DNA of 64,000 bases from an uncultured Acutalibacter sp. (GTDB lineage: Bacteria > Bacillota > Clostridia > Oscillospirales > Acutalibacteraceae), in the NCBI GenBank assembly GCA_963559705.1, contig CAUWLU010000006.1, forward strand, positions 1,095 to 65,094, in the 5' to 3' direction. Each line of letters starts with the position of its first letter. The stretch's first letter is position 1. Below are positions 46,310-55,303 of this stretch, piece after piece. Below the pieces are notes generated by a model. That model ran no database searches, was not told where the DNA came from, and saw only the letters and a list, made by a program, of their open reading frames with translations. The position numbers and the translations under genes were made by a program.

Positions 46310-47374
46310 ATGAATATGCGTGTGACAACCACAGGCGTGCTGAAAAGCTATCAATCCAATTTGATGCACGCTTCCAATACATTGAACAGCGCTCGCAATA
46401 TGGTATTGACTCAGCGCAATTTCAATTCCTTTGCGGAAGATCCGGCCTCTGCCACGCAGGCCTTCCAGCTTCGGAGATCTTTTTTGCGGGTGGACAGCCA
46501 GAGTGCTGTCAGCAGCAGCCTGGTGGGAAAATTTGAGGCTGGCTGGAACGCCTTGACCAACGTCCAGACCATGTCCAAAAACGCTCTCCGCGATGTGCTG
46601 GAGGCAAAAAACGACCCCACCGCATCGGGCTTGAACGCCCTGGGCACCGATCTGGAACAGTTGGCGCAAAGCATCGTGCAAACCATGAACACCAAGTACG
46701 GCGAAAACTTTGTCTTTGCCGGCACCGATGGGCTGAAGGTACCCTTTGAATTGAAAGAGGGCGCCGACGGCGTGATGCAGCTGTATTACCGCGGCGTGGC
46801 AGTGGATGCTCCTGAGAAGAATCCGGACGGCACTCCAAACCCTGACTATGAAGCTCTCAAATACCTCAGCGGAGAGAAAAGCCATCTTGATATCGGTTTG
46901 GGTATGCAGGAGGGCGTCAACGGCAACCTCATCGAGTCCAGCGCCTACAACGAAAGCCTGCCCGGCATCAATTATCTGGGCGGCTATGGCGTGGATGCGG
47001 ACGGGGACCCTAAAAATGTAGTCTCCATCATGTACCGCATGGCCGACCTGTTGAAGAATTGCTCTGAGGACGGCGAATGGCAGGGCAACGACAAGGCGGA
47101 ATTTGACCGTCTTGCAGGAAAATTTGAAACTGCTGTGGACAATGTAAGCGTTTCTTACGTAGAATTGGATGCACAGGCTCGATTCCTCAAGGACAACGAC
47201 CTGCAGTTGAAAAAGACTGCTCACAATCTGAACGAGCAGATCCTCGGTCTGGAAAAGGTGGACCTTGCCGATGCCATCTCCTCCTACAGTTGGGCCCAGT
47301 ATTGCTACAACGCAGCCCTTAAAATGGGAAATAGCATCTTAGGGCAAAGTTTGATGGATTATATCAGCACCTGA
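46310..47374 (+). CDS. flgL: flagellar hook-associated protein 3
   Basis: Flagellin-N-like start MRVTTTGVLKSYQSNLMHASNTLNSARNMVLTQRNFNSFAEDPASA, and a position directly after flgK. Confidence 0.88.
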   Translation: MNMRVTTTGVLKSYQSNLMHASNTLNSARNMVLTQRNFNSFAEDPASATQAFQLRRSFLRVDSQSAVSSSLVGKFEAGWNALTNVQTMSKNALRDVLEAKNDPTASGLNALGTDLEQLAQSIVQTMNTKYGENFVFAGTDGLKVPFELKEGADGVMQLYYRGVAVDAPEKNPDGTPNPDYEALKYLSGEKSHLDIGLGMQEGVNGNLIESSAYNESLPGINYLGGYGVDADGDPKNVVSIMYRMADLLKNCSEDGEWQGNDKAEFDRLAGKFETAVDNVSVSYVELDAQARFLKDNDLQLKKTAHNLNEQILGLEKVDLADAISSYSWAQYCYNAALKMGNSILGQSLMDYIST

Positions 47375-47435
47375 TGTGCTTTGTATAATTAGAAAGAATT
47401 CATGATACTGTACAAAGAGAGGAGTGAAGTGAAAG

Positions 47436-48044
47436 ATGGATCCGTTGATTGAAATTACCACAGTTCCAATCGAAATTGAGATGAAGGTCACCAACGCAAA
47501 GCTGGAGTACACACGGGGTACTGCGGACTTAGAGATCACTCGAGATCATAAAGGGCTGAGCATTCGAAGCAAGCCCATCCGGGTACATCTGGATACCTTC
47601 GAGGCAAGGAATTCTGTGGTTCCCACTGCCATGCGCTCCATTGAGCAAAGCGCTCAACAGGGGCAGCAGGCGGCTTATGAGGCGACTGCCATCTATGCAC
47701 AGCAGGGCCAAATGCTTTTGAACGCAAAGATCGGTCAAGAGCTGGTCACCCAGTTTGCCGAAGATGCACAGACGCGGAATCTGAAAACCAATGTGGGAAT
47801 TCAGTTTTTGCCCAGCGTGGGCCCAGAGATCTCTTGGGACCCCGGCCAAATGCGCATCCACTATGAGATGGATAAGCTGAATTTTGACTGGCGCATCAAC
47901 CAAAACCAGTTTAAATTTACCCCGGGTGATATCGAAATCTCCGTGAAGCAGCAGCCGGACGTGGTAATCAAGTATATAGGTGGTCCGCTGTATGTTCCCC
48001 CGTCTGCCGACCCCGCCTATGAACCTCCCATCGAAAAAGCCTGA
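47436..48044 (+). CDS. DUF6470 family protein (B. subtilis YviE-like)
   Basis: 202 aa between flgL and fliW, as yviE is in B. subtilis. Its repetitive 'I(E/D)IT...L.I' N-terminus is typical of the family. Confidence 0.7.
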   Translation: MDPLIEITTVPIEIEMKVTNAKLEYTRGTADLEITRDHKGLSIRSKPIRVHLDTFEARNSVVPTAMRSIEQSAQQGQQAAYEATAIYAQQGQMLLNAKIGQELVTQFAEDAQTRNLKTNVGIQFLPSVGPEISWDPGQMRIHYEMDKLNFDWRINQNQFKFTPGDIEISVKQQPDVVIKYIGGPLYVPPSADPAYEPPIEKA

Positions 48045-48054
48045 GGAGGCCTCT

Positions 48055-48507
48055 ATGAAGCTGCAAACAAAGTATTTTGGTGAGATCAACTACAAGGCAG
48101 AAGAGTGTCTGACTTTCCCCGTTGGGTTGTTCGGCTTTGAAGAGGAGCATTCCTTTTTGCTGCTGCCCTTTCATGGCAGCGAAAACACGCTTCTTTGCCT
48201 GCAAAGCACAACCACCCCGGCCCTAGCCTTTGTGGCGGTAGATCCCTTTATCCTGAGTCCCGGATATGCTCCGTACCCCTCTCCCGCTCAGCTGGAAAGC
48301 TTAGACGCGGATAACGCTGAGGAGCTCTCCTACTACACACTCTGTGTCGTGCGTAATCCTGTGGCAGATAGCACTGTCAATTTGAAATGTCCAGTGGCCG
48401 TAAACCCCAAAACACGGGCGGCACGGCAGTTGATTTTGGAAACAGGCGATTATGATATGCGTCATCCTCTGGCAGAGTTCCGCCGCAAGGAGGAAACCGT
48501 ATGTTGA
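48055..48507 (+). CDS. fliW: flagellar assembly factor FliW
   Basis: MKLQTKYFGEINYKAEECLTFPVGLFGFEEEHSFLLLPF...NLKCPVAVNPKTRAARQLIL. A GAGGAGG RBS lies 6 nt upstream of ATG 48055. The track ORF starts too early, at 47980. Confidence 0.93.
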   Translation: MKLQTKYFGEINYKAEECLTFPVGLFGFEEEHSFLLLPFHGSENTLLCLQSTTTPALAFVAVDPFILSPGYAPYPSPAQLESLDADNAEELSYYTLCVVRNPVADSTVNLKCPVAVNPKTRAARQLILETGDYDMRHPLAEFRRKEETVC

Positions 48508-48743
48508 TTATCAACCGTAAATCCGGAGAATCTCTGGAAATAGGAGAAGGCATACGGGTGACGGTTGCTGGAATTGACGGAGGCCGAGTCCGCTTGGCAA
48601 TTGAGGCCCCAAAAAACGTCACCATTCTCCGTTCTGAACTGGTGGATGAAACGCGCAAGATCAATCGTGACGCCGCACAAGAGCAGGTAACCCCAGCCGA
48701 ACTGCTGCGTATGTTTGAAGAAGCTGGAAATGGGCCGTTATGA
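48501..48743 (+). CDS. csrA: carbon storage regulator / translational repressor CsrA
   Basis: MLIINRKSGESLEIGEGIRVTVAGIDGGRVRLAIEAPKNVTILRSEL. Overlaps the fliW stop by 7 nt. Confidence 0.95.
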   Translation: MLIINRKSGESLEIGEGIRVTVAGIDGGRVRLAIEAPKNVTILRSELVDETRKINRDAAQEQVTPAELLRMFEEAGNGPL

Positions 48744-48822
48744 TGGCTTCCATCGCAATCGTGACCGTAAGCAGCCAGCGCCGCAGAGCGGTGTATGGAT
48801 GCGCCTTGTATAGCAAGCTGAA

Positions 48823-48857
48823 AAGCTGGAAGGAATTTTCCTTCCAGCTTTTTTGTT
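48823..48857 (+). terminator. rho-independent terminator after csrA
   Basis: Perfect 12-bp stem AAGCTGGAAGGA / TCCTTCCAGCTT with a 4-nt loop, followed by TTTTGTT. Confidence 0.8.
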
Positions 48858-48872
48858 GGGCCTCAAATCAAT

Positions 48873-48924
48873 AAAAAAAAGAGGGGACACCGAAACCCTT
48901 TTCAGGTTCCACGTCCCACTCCTC
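48873..48924 (-). terminator. rho-independent terminator after the ribokinase gene
   Basis: Minus strand reads GAGGAGTGGGAC...GTCCCCTC (bulged stem) followed by T8. Confidence 0.6.
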
Positions 48925-48942
48925 ATGATAGGTTTTATTCAA

Positions 48943-49866
48943 TTACTCGCGCTCGCGCTTTGCCATTACCTCTGCTAAGGTGGGAATGGAGGTCTGTGCG
49001 CCCCGGCGGGTCACCACGATGTCAGAGACCGCTGTGGCCAACTCCGCAGCCTCCTCCAACTCCTGGCCCTGAGCCAGTCCCACGCATAATCCAGCCATGT
49101 AACTGTCCCCAGCCGCCGTGGTATCCACCACCTTCACCTCTTTGTTGGCATACAGCCGCACCTCGGTGCCGTCTGCCTTCAATAGGTACGAGCCATCGCC
49201 CCCCAGGGTTACCAACACGTTCTTCACTCCGCGGGCTTGGAGCATTTGAGCATTCTCCCGCAAGCGTTCCGGATCGTGCGGCCGCCCTACCAGCACGGAC
49301 AATTCCGTCTCGTTGGGTTTGATCAGATCTAGGCAAGGGTACAATTCTTCCGGCAGATCCGGCACAGCCGGGGCCGGATCTAACACCACGGTTTTCCCCA
49401 GCCGCTTGGCCTCCTGTGCAGCGTATACCACCGTATCCAGAGGGATCTCCAACTGCAGCACCACTAAATCGCAGTTCTCCAGCATATCCCGGTGGGCATC
49501 CACATAAGCCCGGTCCACGCAATTGTTGGCCCCCGGCAGAACAATAATGCTGTTGTCCCCCTGGGGTGTGACGCCGATCACCGCCATGCTGGTGGAGGCC
49601 TCCTGGCTGCGACAGACGTGGGACACATCCACCTGAGCGCTCTCCAAGCTTTGGCAGAGCTTCTGGCCGTAAGTGTCATTTCCCACGCAGCCCAGTATGG
49701 CTACCTGACCCCCAAGCCGGCCAATTGCGTAGGCTTGATTGGCGCCTTTTCCACCGGGGACAAACTCCAGTCCCCGAGCCAACACCGTCTCCCCTACTGC
49801 CGGCATATGGGTCACATCTGTCACGAAATCCATATTCATGCTGCCGATGACTAAAATCTTCTTCAT
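48943..49866 (-). CDS. rbsK: ribokinase (PfkB family)
   Basis: Contains GSMNMDF, PGGKGANQA, PNETE and VDTTAAGDSY motifs. 307 aa. Confidence 0.88.
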   Translation of the reverse strand: MKKILVIGSMNMDFVTDVTHMPAVGETVLARGLEFVPGGKGANQAYAIGRLGGQVAILGCVGNDTYGQKLCQSLESAQVDVSHVCRSQEASTSMAVIGVTPQGDNSIIVLPGANNCVDRAYVDAHRDMLENCDLVVLQLEIPLDTVVYAAQEAKRLGKTVVLDPAPAVPDLPEELYPCLDLIKPNETELSVLVGRPHDPERLRENAQMLQARGVKNVLVTLGGDGSYLLKADGTEVRLYANKEVKVVDTTAAGDSYMAGLCVGLAQGQELEEAAELATAVSDIVVTRRGAQTSIPTLAEVMAKRERE

Positions 49867-51998
49867 TGTGCTTCCTTGCCTCCCCCGCAGATCTCGAGAT
49901 CCCGGTACAGGCAGTGGCTACCATTCCCCACGGACATACCTACGCAGCCGCGCTGCCAGGGGTCCTCATCCTCAAAGGACAACACGTTCTCGCCGTTGAT
50001 GGAGAGCGTGATCTTTCCTCCATCAACGTCCACAGTGAACCGGTACTCCTTGCCCGCTTCCCAGGGATAGGCTGTCTCTGCCAAAGTGGTGTAGCCGCCG
50101 TCGTTTTTCCGAAGCGCCACAGTGCCCGCTCCAAAAAATCCCACAGCATAACTCCGCATGGCTCCCTGCACGCGGACATTGAGCAGATGCTCTTCTCCCA
50201 CCAGCGGGCGCAGGGTGGCGGACATCGTGTAGTTCTCCCACAGATGATGCCCGGTGTACATTTCTCCGAAATCGGCGCAGGACAGGCTCATCCAAGGACC
50301 GTCCATGTACACATGGCCCTTCAGGCGGCTGAATTGAGGCACCTCCTGGTGGAGTCCCCCCCATGCATCCATCCTGCTCTGAGAGAAGTCGATCCGGTAA
50401 TCGGGCGTTCCATCCACATACAGGTCATCCAGATAAGCCACGATGTCCTCTCCGGCAAACCCGCCGGCTGTTCCGCCGAGGATCACGCCCACCTCTTCAA
50501 TGACCCCGTCCCGTCCTCCGGGAATGGTGAAGCTCAGGTCATGCCAAGCGCCGTCGGCCTTCACCTTTTCTCCACGGAGAATCTCTCCGGTGGTCCCATC
50601 TTTGACGTAGATTTGAGCCCATGCCTTCAGGGTCTGGCAAGGCAGCGGCATTACGCTTGCGTGAACCGTCTGCCCCGGATAGGCCAAGGGTGCAAAGCAG
50701 GGATCATACCGGGAATCGCTGAAATCCTGGGACCGGTAATAGGTCTGCTTGTAGAAGCAGTGCTCCGTGCCGGACTCTGCCCAGGCCGCGCACAGCTTCA
50801 GACTGCGGCTGCCAGTGCGCGACTGCTCGTCTGTGTTGCGCACGTGGCACAAGCTGCCCTCCCCACGGGTCCGAATGGCGTGGGTGCTGGTGGGAAACTC
50901 AAAATTGCAATGCTCCAACCCCTGGTCCAGGATCTCATCCCAGGGCTGAGCAGGCTTCTCGCCAGCCAGACGGTAAGCCATCTTGGCAAAGTATCCGGCT
51001 CCATAGGGCAAATCCATGGCGTTGAGTGAGGGAACCACGCTGGAGTTTGCCAGGAAATCCCCAATGGGCTTGGCCCATTTGTCCTGATCGATCCCCTCCA
51101 ATCCGCAAAATACACCCATAATGCAGCCCACATTGCCCACATTGCAGTCGGTATCCCAGCCGCACATATTGCAGATGCACAGGGTCTTGGTGAAATCCTC
51201 CTGACCATAGAGCATGGCCAGCACCATCACCGCTGCGTTGGGAATGATATGGCAGTTTCCCGGATATCTGTCATAGCCAAAGTTCTCATAAATGTACTGG
51301 TAGCAGGCCCGCCAGTCATCCGGATGCTGATCGTGGAACTCCATCACAGCCCGAACCACACGGGTGTACTCGCAATCTGCGGGAATATAGCTCAGGGCCT
51401 TTTCCAACACATCCCGCAGGCGCTTCTCCACAAAGGCCAGGCTGATGCAGCAAGCCACAAAAATACCACCGTACACTCCGTTGCCCCCGTGGGTGACGCT
51501 GGCAGCCTTTTCTGCCAAGGACGCCGCCAGCTCCGGATTCCCCGGCGACACCAATCCCCATGGATCAATAAAGATCTGTCCGCCGATCTGTTCCGCCATG
51601 GTGGCGCCGTTCTGCTCCACACTGCCGCTGCGAGGAGCCGGAATCCCTGCCCGCAGGTTCAGATAAGCCGTATGCTCCGTGGAGATTCCATAGCCTCCCC
51701 ACCAGAAGAACCCATGCTCGTAGGGAGCGTAGTTCAGCAGCGCCTGGGCCACATCCTGAGCAGAGAAGTTCTCCAAGTCACGGCAATCCTCCAAAGCCCG
51801 CACAAAGAACATGGGGCCGTTGCTGTCATCATCCGCAGCAAAATTTTTGTAAGAGGCCGGATAATCCCACAGCTCGCCAAACACCGATTGGATCCGCTGA
51901 TAGGTCCATCCCTCAATGGCCGCGCCCAGCCGGATGCCCACGATCTTGCCCAGCCAGCCGGCGTATACTTTTTCCAGATAATTTTCAGGAATCTTCAT
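49863..51998 (-). CDS. ADP-ribosylglycohydrolase-fold protein with a ~365-aa C-terminal beta-sandwich extension (CBM-like plus LamG/DUF1080-like)
   Basis: The N-terminal ~345 aa have ARH-family features (AADDDSNGPMFF, GWDTDCNVGNVGCIMG). The C-terminal part ends with a ConA-like pattern (WENYTMSATLRP...YAVGFFGAGTVALRK...ITLSINGENVLSFED...GCVGMSVGNG). A 4-nt overlap links it to rbsK. Confidence 0.75.
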   Translation of the reverse strand: MKIPENYLEKVYAGWLGKIVGIRLGAAIEGWTYQRIQSVFGELWDYPASYKNFAADDDSNGPMFFVRALEDCRDLENFSAQDVAQALLNYAPYEHGFFWWGGYGISTEHTAYLNLRAGIPAPRSGSVEQNGATMAEQIGGQIFIDPWGLVSPGNPELAASLAEKAASVTHGGNGVYGGIFVACCISLAFVEKRLRDVLEKALSYIPADCEYTRVVRAVMEFHDQHPDDWRACYQYIYENFGYDRYPGNCHIIPNAAVMVLAMLYGQEDFTKTLCICNMCGWDTDCNVGNVGCIMGVFCGLEGIDQDKWAKPIGDFLANSSVVPSLNAMDLPYGAGYFAKMAYRLAGEKPAQPWDEILDQGLEHCNFEFPTSTHAIRTRGEGSLCHVRNTDEQSRTGSRSLKLCAAWAESGTEHCFYKQTYYRSQDFSDSRYDPCFAPLAYPGQTVHASVMPLPCQTLKAWAQIYVKDGTTGEILRGEKVKADGAWHDLSFTIPGGRDGVIEEVGVILGGTAGGFAGEDIVAYLDDLYVDGTPDYRIDFSQSRMDAWGGLHQEVPQFSRLKGHVYMDGPWMSLSCADFGEMYTGHHLWENYTMSATLRPLVGEEHLLNVRVQGAMRSYAVGFFGAGTVALRKNDGGYTTLAETAYPWEAGKEYRFTVDVDGGKITLSINGENVLSFEDEDPWQRGCVGMSVGNGSHCLYRDLEICGGGKEAQ

Positions 51999-52019
51999 TG
52001 TAGCTCTCCTCCCGTCACG

Positions 52020-52871
52020 TTAATCCTTAATACCGCTCATCACAATGCCCTGCACGAAATACTTCTGAGCAAAGAGGTATACCACCAAAATCGGCAGCAT
52101 GGAAATGAGCGCACCAGCCATCATTTGATTCCACTGTGTCACATAGGTGCCCTGGAATTTGGCCAAGCCCATGGAAAGAGTCCAGTTATCCTGATTGTTC
52201 AGGAAGATCAAGGGACGCAAAAAGTCGTTCCAAGTGTTCATGAAAGTGAAAATGACCAATGTCATCATCGCAGGCTTCGAGTTCTTGATGATGATCTCCC
52301 AGAAGATGCGGGGATAGCTGCAGCCGTCTATCATAGCTGCCTCCTCCAGCTCCCGGGGAAGCGTGAGGAAAAACTGCCGCAGCAGGAAGGTGCCGAAGGC
52401 ATTGAAGATCCCTATGACGATCAAGGACCAAATATTGTCGATCAATCCCAAAACCTTGATGATCTGGAATTGGGGGATCATCACCACCTGGAAGGGGATC
52501 ATCATGGTGCCCAAATAGATGATAAAAATCGCATTGCGGCCCTTAAACCGCAGCCGTGCGAAAGCATAGGCCGCCATCGAGCAGGTGACCAGCTGGCCGA
52601 CAATCGTCACCACAGTGATGATCGCCGTGTTGATAAAATAAGTGACCCACGGGGCCTGCTCGAACATGTACACATAGTTTTCCCACGCCACATGTTTGGG
52701 AATCCAGTAAGGCGGCGCGGCAAACAGCTCGTTCATATCCTTCAGTGAGCTGGAGATCATCCACAAGAAAGGAACCAGCATGGTGATGGAGCAAAGAATC
52801 AGTACGACATGGGTAATCACACGAAAAGCCGTCTTTTTGGCTCTGCCTTTGCGAACCTTTGTAGTTTCCAT
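52020..52871 (-). CDS. carbohydrate ABC transporter permease (MalG-like)
   Basis: 283 aa, six hydrophobic segments, and the EAA loop LPRELEEAAMIDGCSYPRIFWEII. Confidence 0.88.
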   Translation of the reverse strand: METTKVRKGRAKKTAFRVITHVVLILCSITMLVPFLWMISSSLKDMNELFAAPPYWIPKHVAWENYVYMFEQAPWVTYFINTAIITVVTIVGQLVTCSMAAYAFARLRFKGRNAIFIIYLGTMMIPFQVVMIPQFQIIKVLGLIDNIWSLIVIGIFNAFGTFLLRQFFLTLPRELEEAAMIDGCSYPRIFWEIIIKNSKPAMMTLVIFTFMNTWNDFLRPLIFLNNQDNWTLSMGLAKFQGTYVTQWNQMMAGALISMLPILVVYLFAQKYFVQGIVMSGIKD

Positions 52872-52887
52872 ATTGTTCCCCCTCCTC

Positions 52888-53787
52888 TCAAATGCTGTTC
52901 TTCTCGCTGAGCTTCAACTGGATGATGCTGGCTACAAAAATGATGATGAACAGGATATACGCCATAGCAGAGGCATAGCCCTGCTTGAAATACTGGAAAG
53001 CGTTCATATAAATAAGATAGCTCACCACCTGTGTGGAGGTGCCGGGTCCGCCCTTGGTCATGATGTAGATCTGATCGAATGCTTGGAAAGAATTGATCAT
53101 GCTGATAATCATCACGAACATAATGGTGGGCTTCAGCATGGGAAGCGTGATGCGGAAAAACTTTTGCACCACATTGGCTCCATCGATATCGGCGGCTTCA
53201 TAAACAGCCGTCGATACCCCCTGGACGCCCGCCAGCAAAATGACCGAGTTAAAGCCCAGGTTTTTCCAAATGCTCATGATGATGACGGAGGGCATTGCCC
53301 ACGCGCTGCTGGTCAGCCACGGCGCGCTCGGTAAGCCGATCGCATTCAAAGCGGAATTGATCAGACCGAAATCATCGTTGTACAGCCACTGCCACACCAT
53401 GGCAATGGAGGTGTAAGAGACGATGACCGGAATGAAAAACGCCGACTTGTACAGACTGATCCCCTTGATCTTTTGGTTGAGCAGCACAGCCACAATGATC
53501 GCCAGCAGAGTTCCCAGCGGAACCGTACCGATGGTAAAGTAAACCGTGTGCCACAGTGCCTCTCCGAAGTCCCCGTTTGTAAACAAATCCACATAGTTTT
53601 GCAGCCCAATAAACTCCGGAGACCTAACCCCGTCATAGTCCGTCAAGCTGTAGTATAGGGACATAATTACCGGAAAAATCGTGAACACCACAAAGCCTAT
53701 GATCACCGGTGTAAGAAACAAGTATCCCCAAAACGTCTCATTCGACCCAATGGGCTTCCTCTTTTTTGCTGCAGTTAGCCTAGCCAT
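52888..53787 (-). CDS. carbohydrate ABC transporter permease (MalF-like)
   Basis: 299 aa with the EAA loop VYEAADIDGANVVQKFFRITLPML. Confidence 0.88.
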   Translation of the reverse strand: MARLTAAKKRKPIGSNETFWGYLFLTPVIIGFVVFTIFPVIMSLYYSLTDYDGVRSPEFIGLQNYVDLFTNGDFGEALWHTVYFTIGTVPLGTLLAIIVAVLLNQKIKGISLYKSAFFIPVIVSYTSIAMVWQWLYNDDFGLINSALNAIGLPSAPWLTSSAWAMPSVIIMSIWKNLGFNSVILLAGVQGVSTAVYEAADIDGANVVQKFFRITLPMLKPTIMFVMIISMINSFQAFDQIYIMTKGGPGTSTQVVSYLIYMNAFQYFKQGYASAMAYILFIIIFVASIIQLKLSEKNSI

Positions 53788-53833
53788 TTTTTCAGTTCAC
53801 CTCAATCCCCGAAATACACAAGGAATTTTTCAA

Positions 53834-53872
53834 GAACAAAAGGGGAACCTTCCCGCATTGCCAAAGTTCCCC
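53834..53872 (-). terminator. intra-operon hairpin / attenuator after the binding-protein gene
   Basis: Minus strand reads GGGGAAC-(17 nt)-GTTCCCC followed by TTTTGTTCTT. Confidence 0.45.
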
Positions 53873-53926
53873 TCGTTCTCTTATCCTATCATACAGACGG
53901 TTTGATTATGTTTCTTTTTGACAAGC

Positions 53927-55249
53927 TCAGTCAGCCAAGATCGCATTGATCTCGGTGATCAGCGCCTGCTGAGTTTCCTCGGGAGTGCTTTCGCCGATGA
54001 GCATCTTGTCCACCAATTCCTGCAGCTTGGTGTTCACCTCGGTGCGGTAAATGGACAGCTGATCCGTCAAATCCACATCGGGAACAGAATCCACAAAGGC
54101 CTGCACGTTCTCAGGGAAATGGGTGTCCAAAACGATCTGGTTGGCTGCTTCATCCGTGGAGGCGGGCAGCGCCATGTTGCTTTCGGCCACGATCTTCATG
54201 CTTTCGGGACCGGCCAAGAACTTCAGCACGTCCCAAGCAGCGTCAGGGTTCTTCGTGTCGGCAGAGATACCCCAGTTGAGGATGCCGGCCTTCACCTTCT
54301 GCGTTTTGCCCTGAGGCATCCGCACCACATCCCACTCGAAGGGCAGGGCGTCCGCCTTGTACGGGGGCAGGGACCACAGGCCGGAGGCCTCCATTGCCAC
54401 AGACTGGTTGCGGAACATTGCGTCAGCGCTCTTGCCCATGGCCGTCAGAGCAGCGGGGTTGGGAGACAGCTGGTCCACCACAACCAGATCGTACAGGAAC
54501 TGCAGAGCTTCCAGAGCCTCCGGGGAATCCAGACCCTTGACCTCGGTGCCGCTGGTATCGAACTCCACGCCGCCCAAGCTGAACCAGTTCAGGATCTGGT
54601 CAGCCCAAGCGCCGGGATGACGGTAGCCGTACACATTCTTTTCCGGATTGGTCAGAGTCTTGGCGGCATTGTAGAAATCGTCCCAAGTCCAATCATCGGT
54701 GGGCATATCCAGGCCTGCCGCAGCAAACATATCCTTATTGTAGTAGATCACAAAGGGAGAAACCTCCTGGGGGAGAGCATAGAGCTGGTCCTCGTAGCGC
54801 AGGGGCACCAGCAGGGACTCCGGATAGTATCCCAGGTCGAAGTCAGCGTCTGCCTCAATGAAGGAATCCAGAGACATCAGCACCTCGCGGTAAGCCAGGG
54901 AGTAGCACCACTCGTTGATGTAGATGATGTCCGGGGCAGTGCCGGAGCCGATCAGGGTCATCAGCTTCTGGAAGCGCTCGGAGCCGATATCCACAGGCTC
55001 GATGGTCACGTTGGGGTTCTGCTCCATGTACAGGTCAAACTTCTGCTGGTGGATCTCCAGCTCCTGGGCGCTGCCGGACACGGCGACCTGAATGGTGACA
55101 GGCTCATCGGTCTTTCCCGTCTCAGACGTTTCCGCGCCAGAGGCTGCGTCATTGCCGCCGTCCTGTGCGCTGTTGTTGCTGCTGCAGCCAAAGAGCATCG
55201 TGCTCATCAGGGTCAAAGCCAAGATGAGGGATAGAAACTTTTTCATCAT
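53927..55249 (-). CDS. ABC transporter sugar-binding lipoprotein
   Basis: Lipobox signal MMKKFLSLILALTLMSTMLFGCSS, an AGGAGG RBS, and an SBP family-1-like body. Confidence 0.88.
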   Translation of the reverse strand: MMKKFLSLILALTLMSTMLFGCSSNNSAQDGGNDAASGAETSETGKTDEPVTIQVAVSGSAQELEIHQQKFDLYMEQNPNVTIEPVDIGSERFQKLMTLIGSGTAPDIIYINEWCYSLAYREVLMSLDSFIEADADFDLGYYPESLLVPLRYEDQLYALPQEVSPFVIYYNKDMFAAAGLDMPTDDWTWDDFYNAAKTLTNPEKNVYGYRHPGAWADQILNWFSLGGVEFDTSGTEVKGLDSPEALEALQFLYDLVVVDQLSPNPAALTAMGKSADAMFRNQSVAMEASGLWSLPPYKADALPFEWDVVRMPQGKTQKVKAGILNWGISADTKNPDAAWDVLKFLAGPESMKIVAESNMALPASTDEAANQIVLDTHFPENVQAFVDSVPDVDLTDQLSIYRTEVNTKLQELVDKMLIGESTPEETQQALITEINAILAD

Positions 55250-55303
55250 AGTACCTCCTAAAAAATAAAACAGAAACAAATAATGCCCGTTCAGACCGGT
55301 CGA

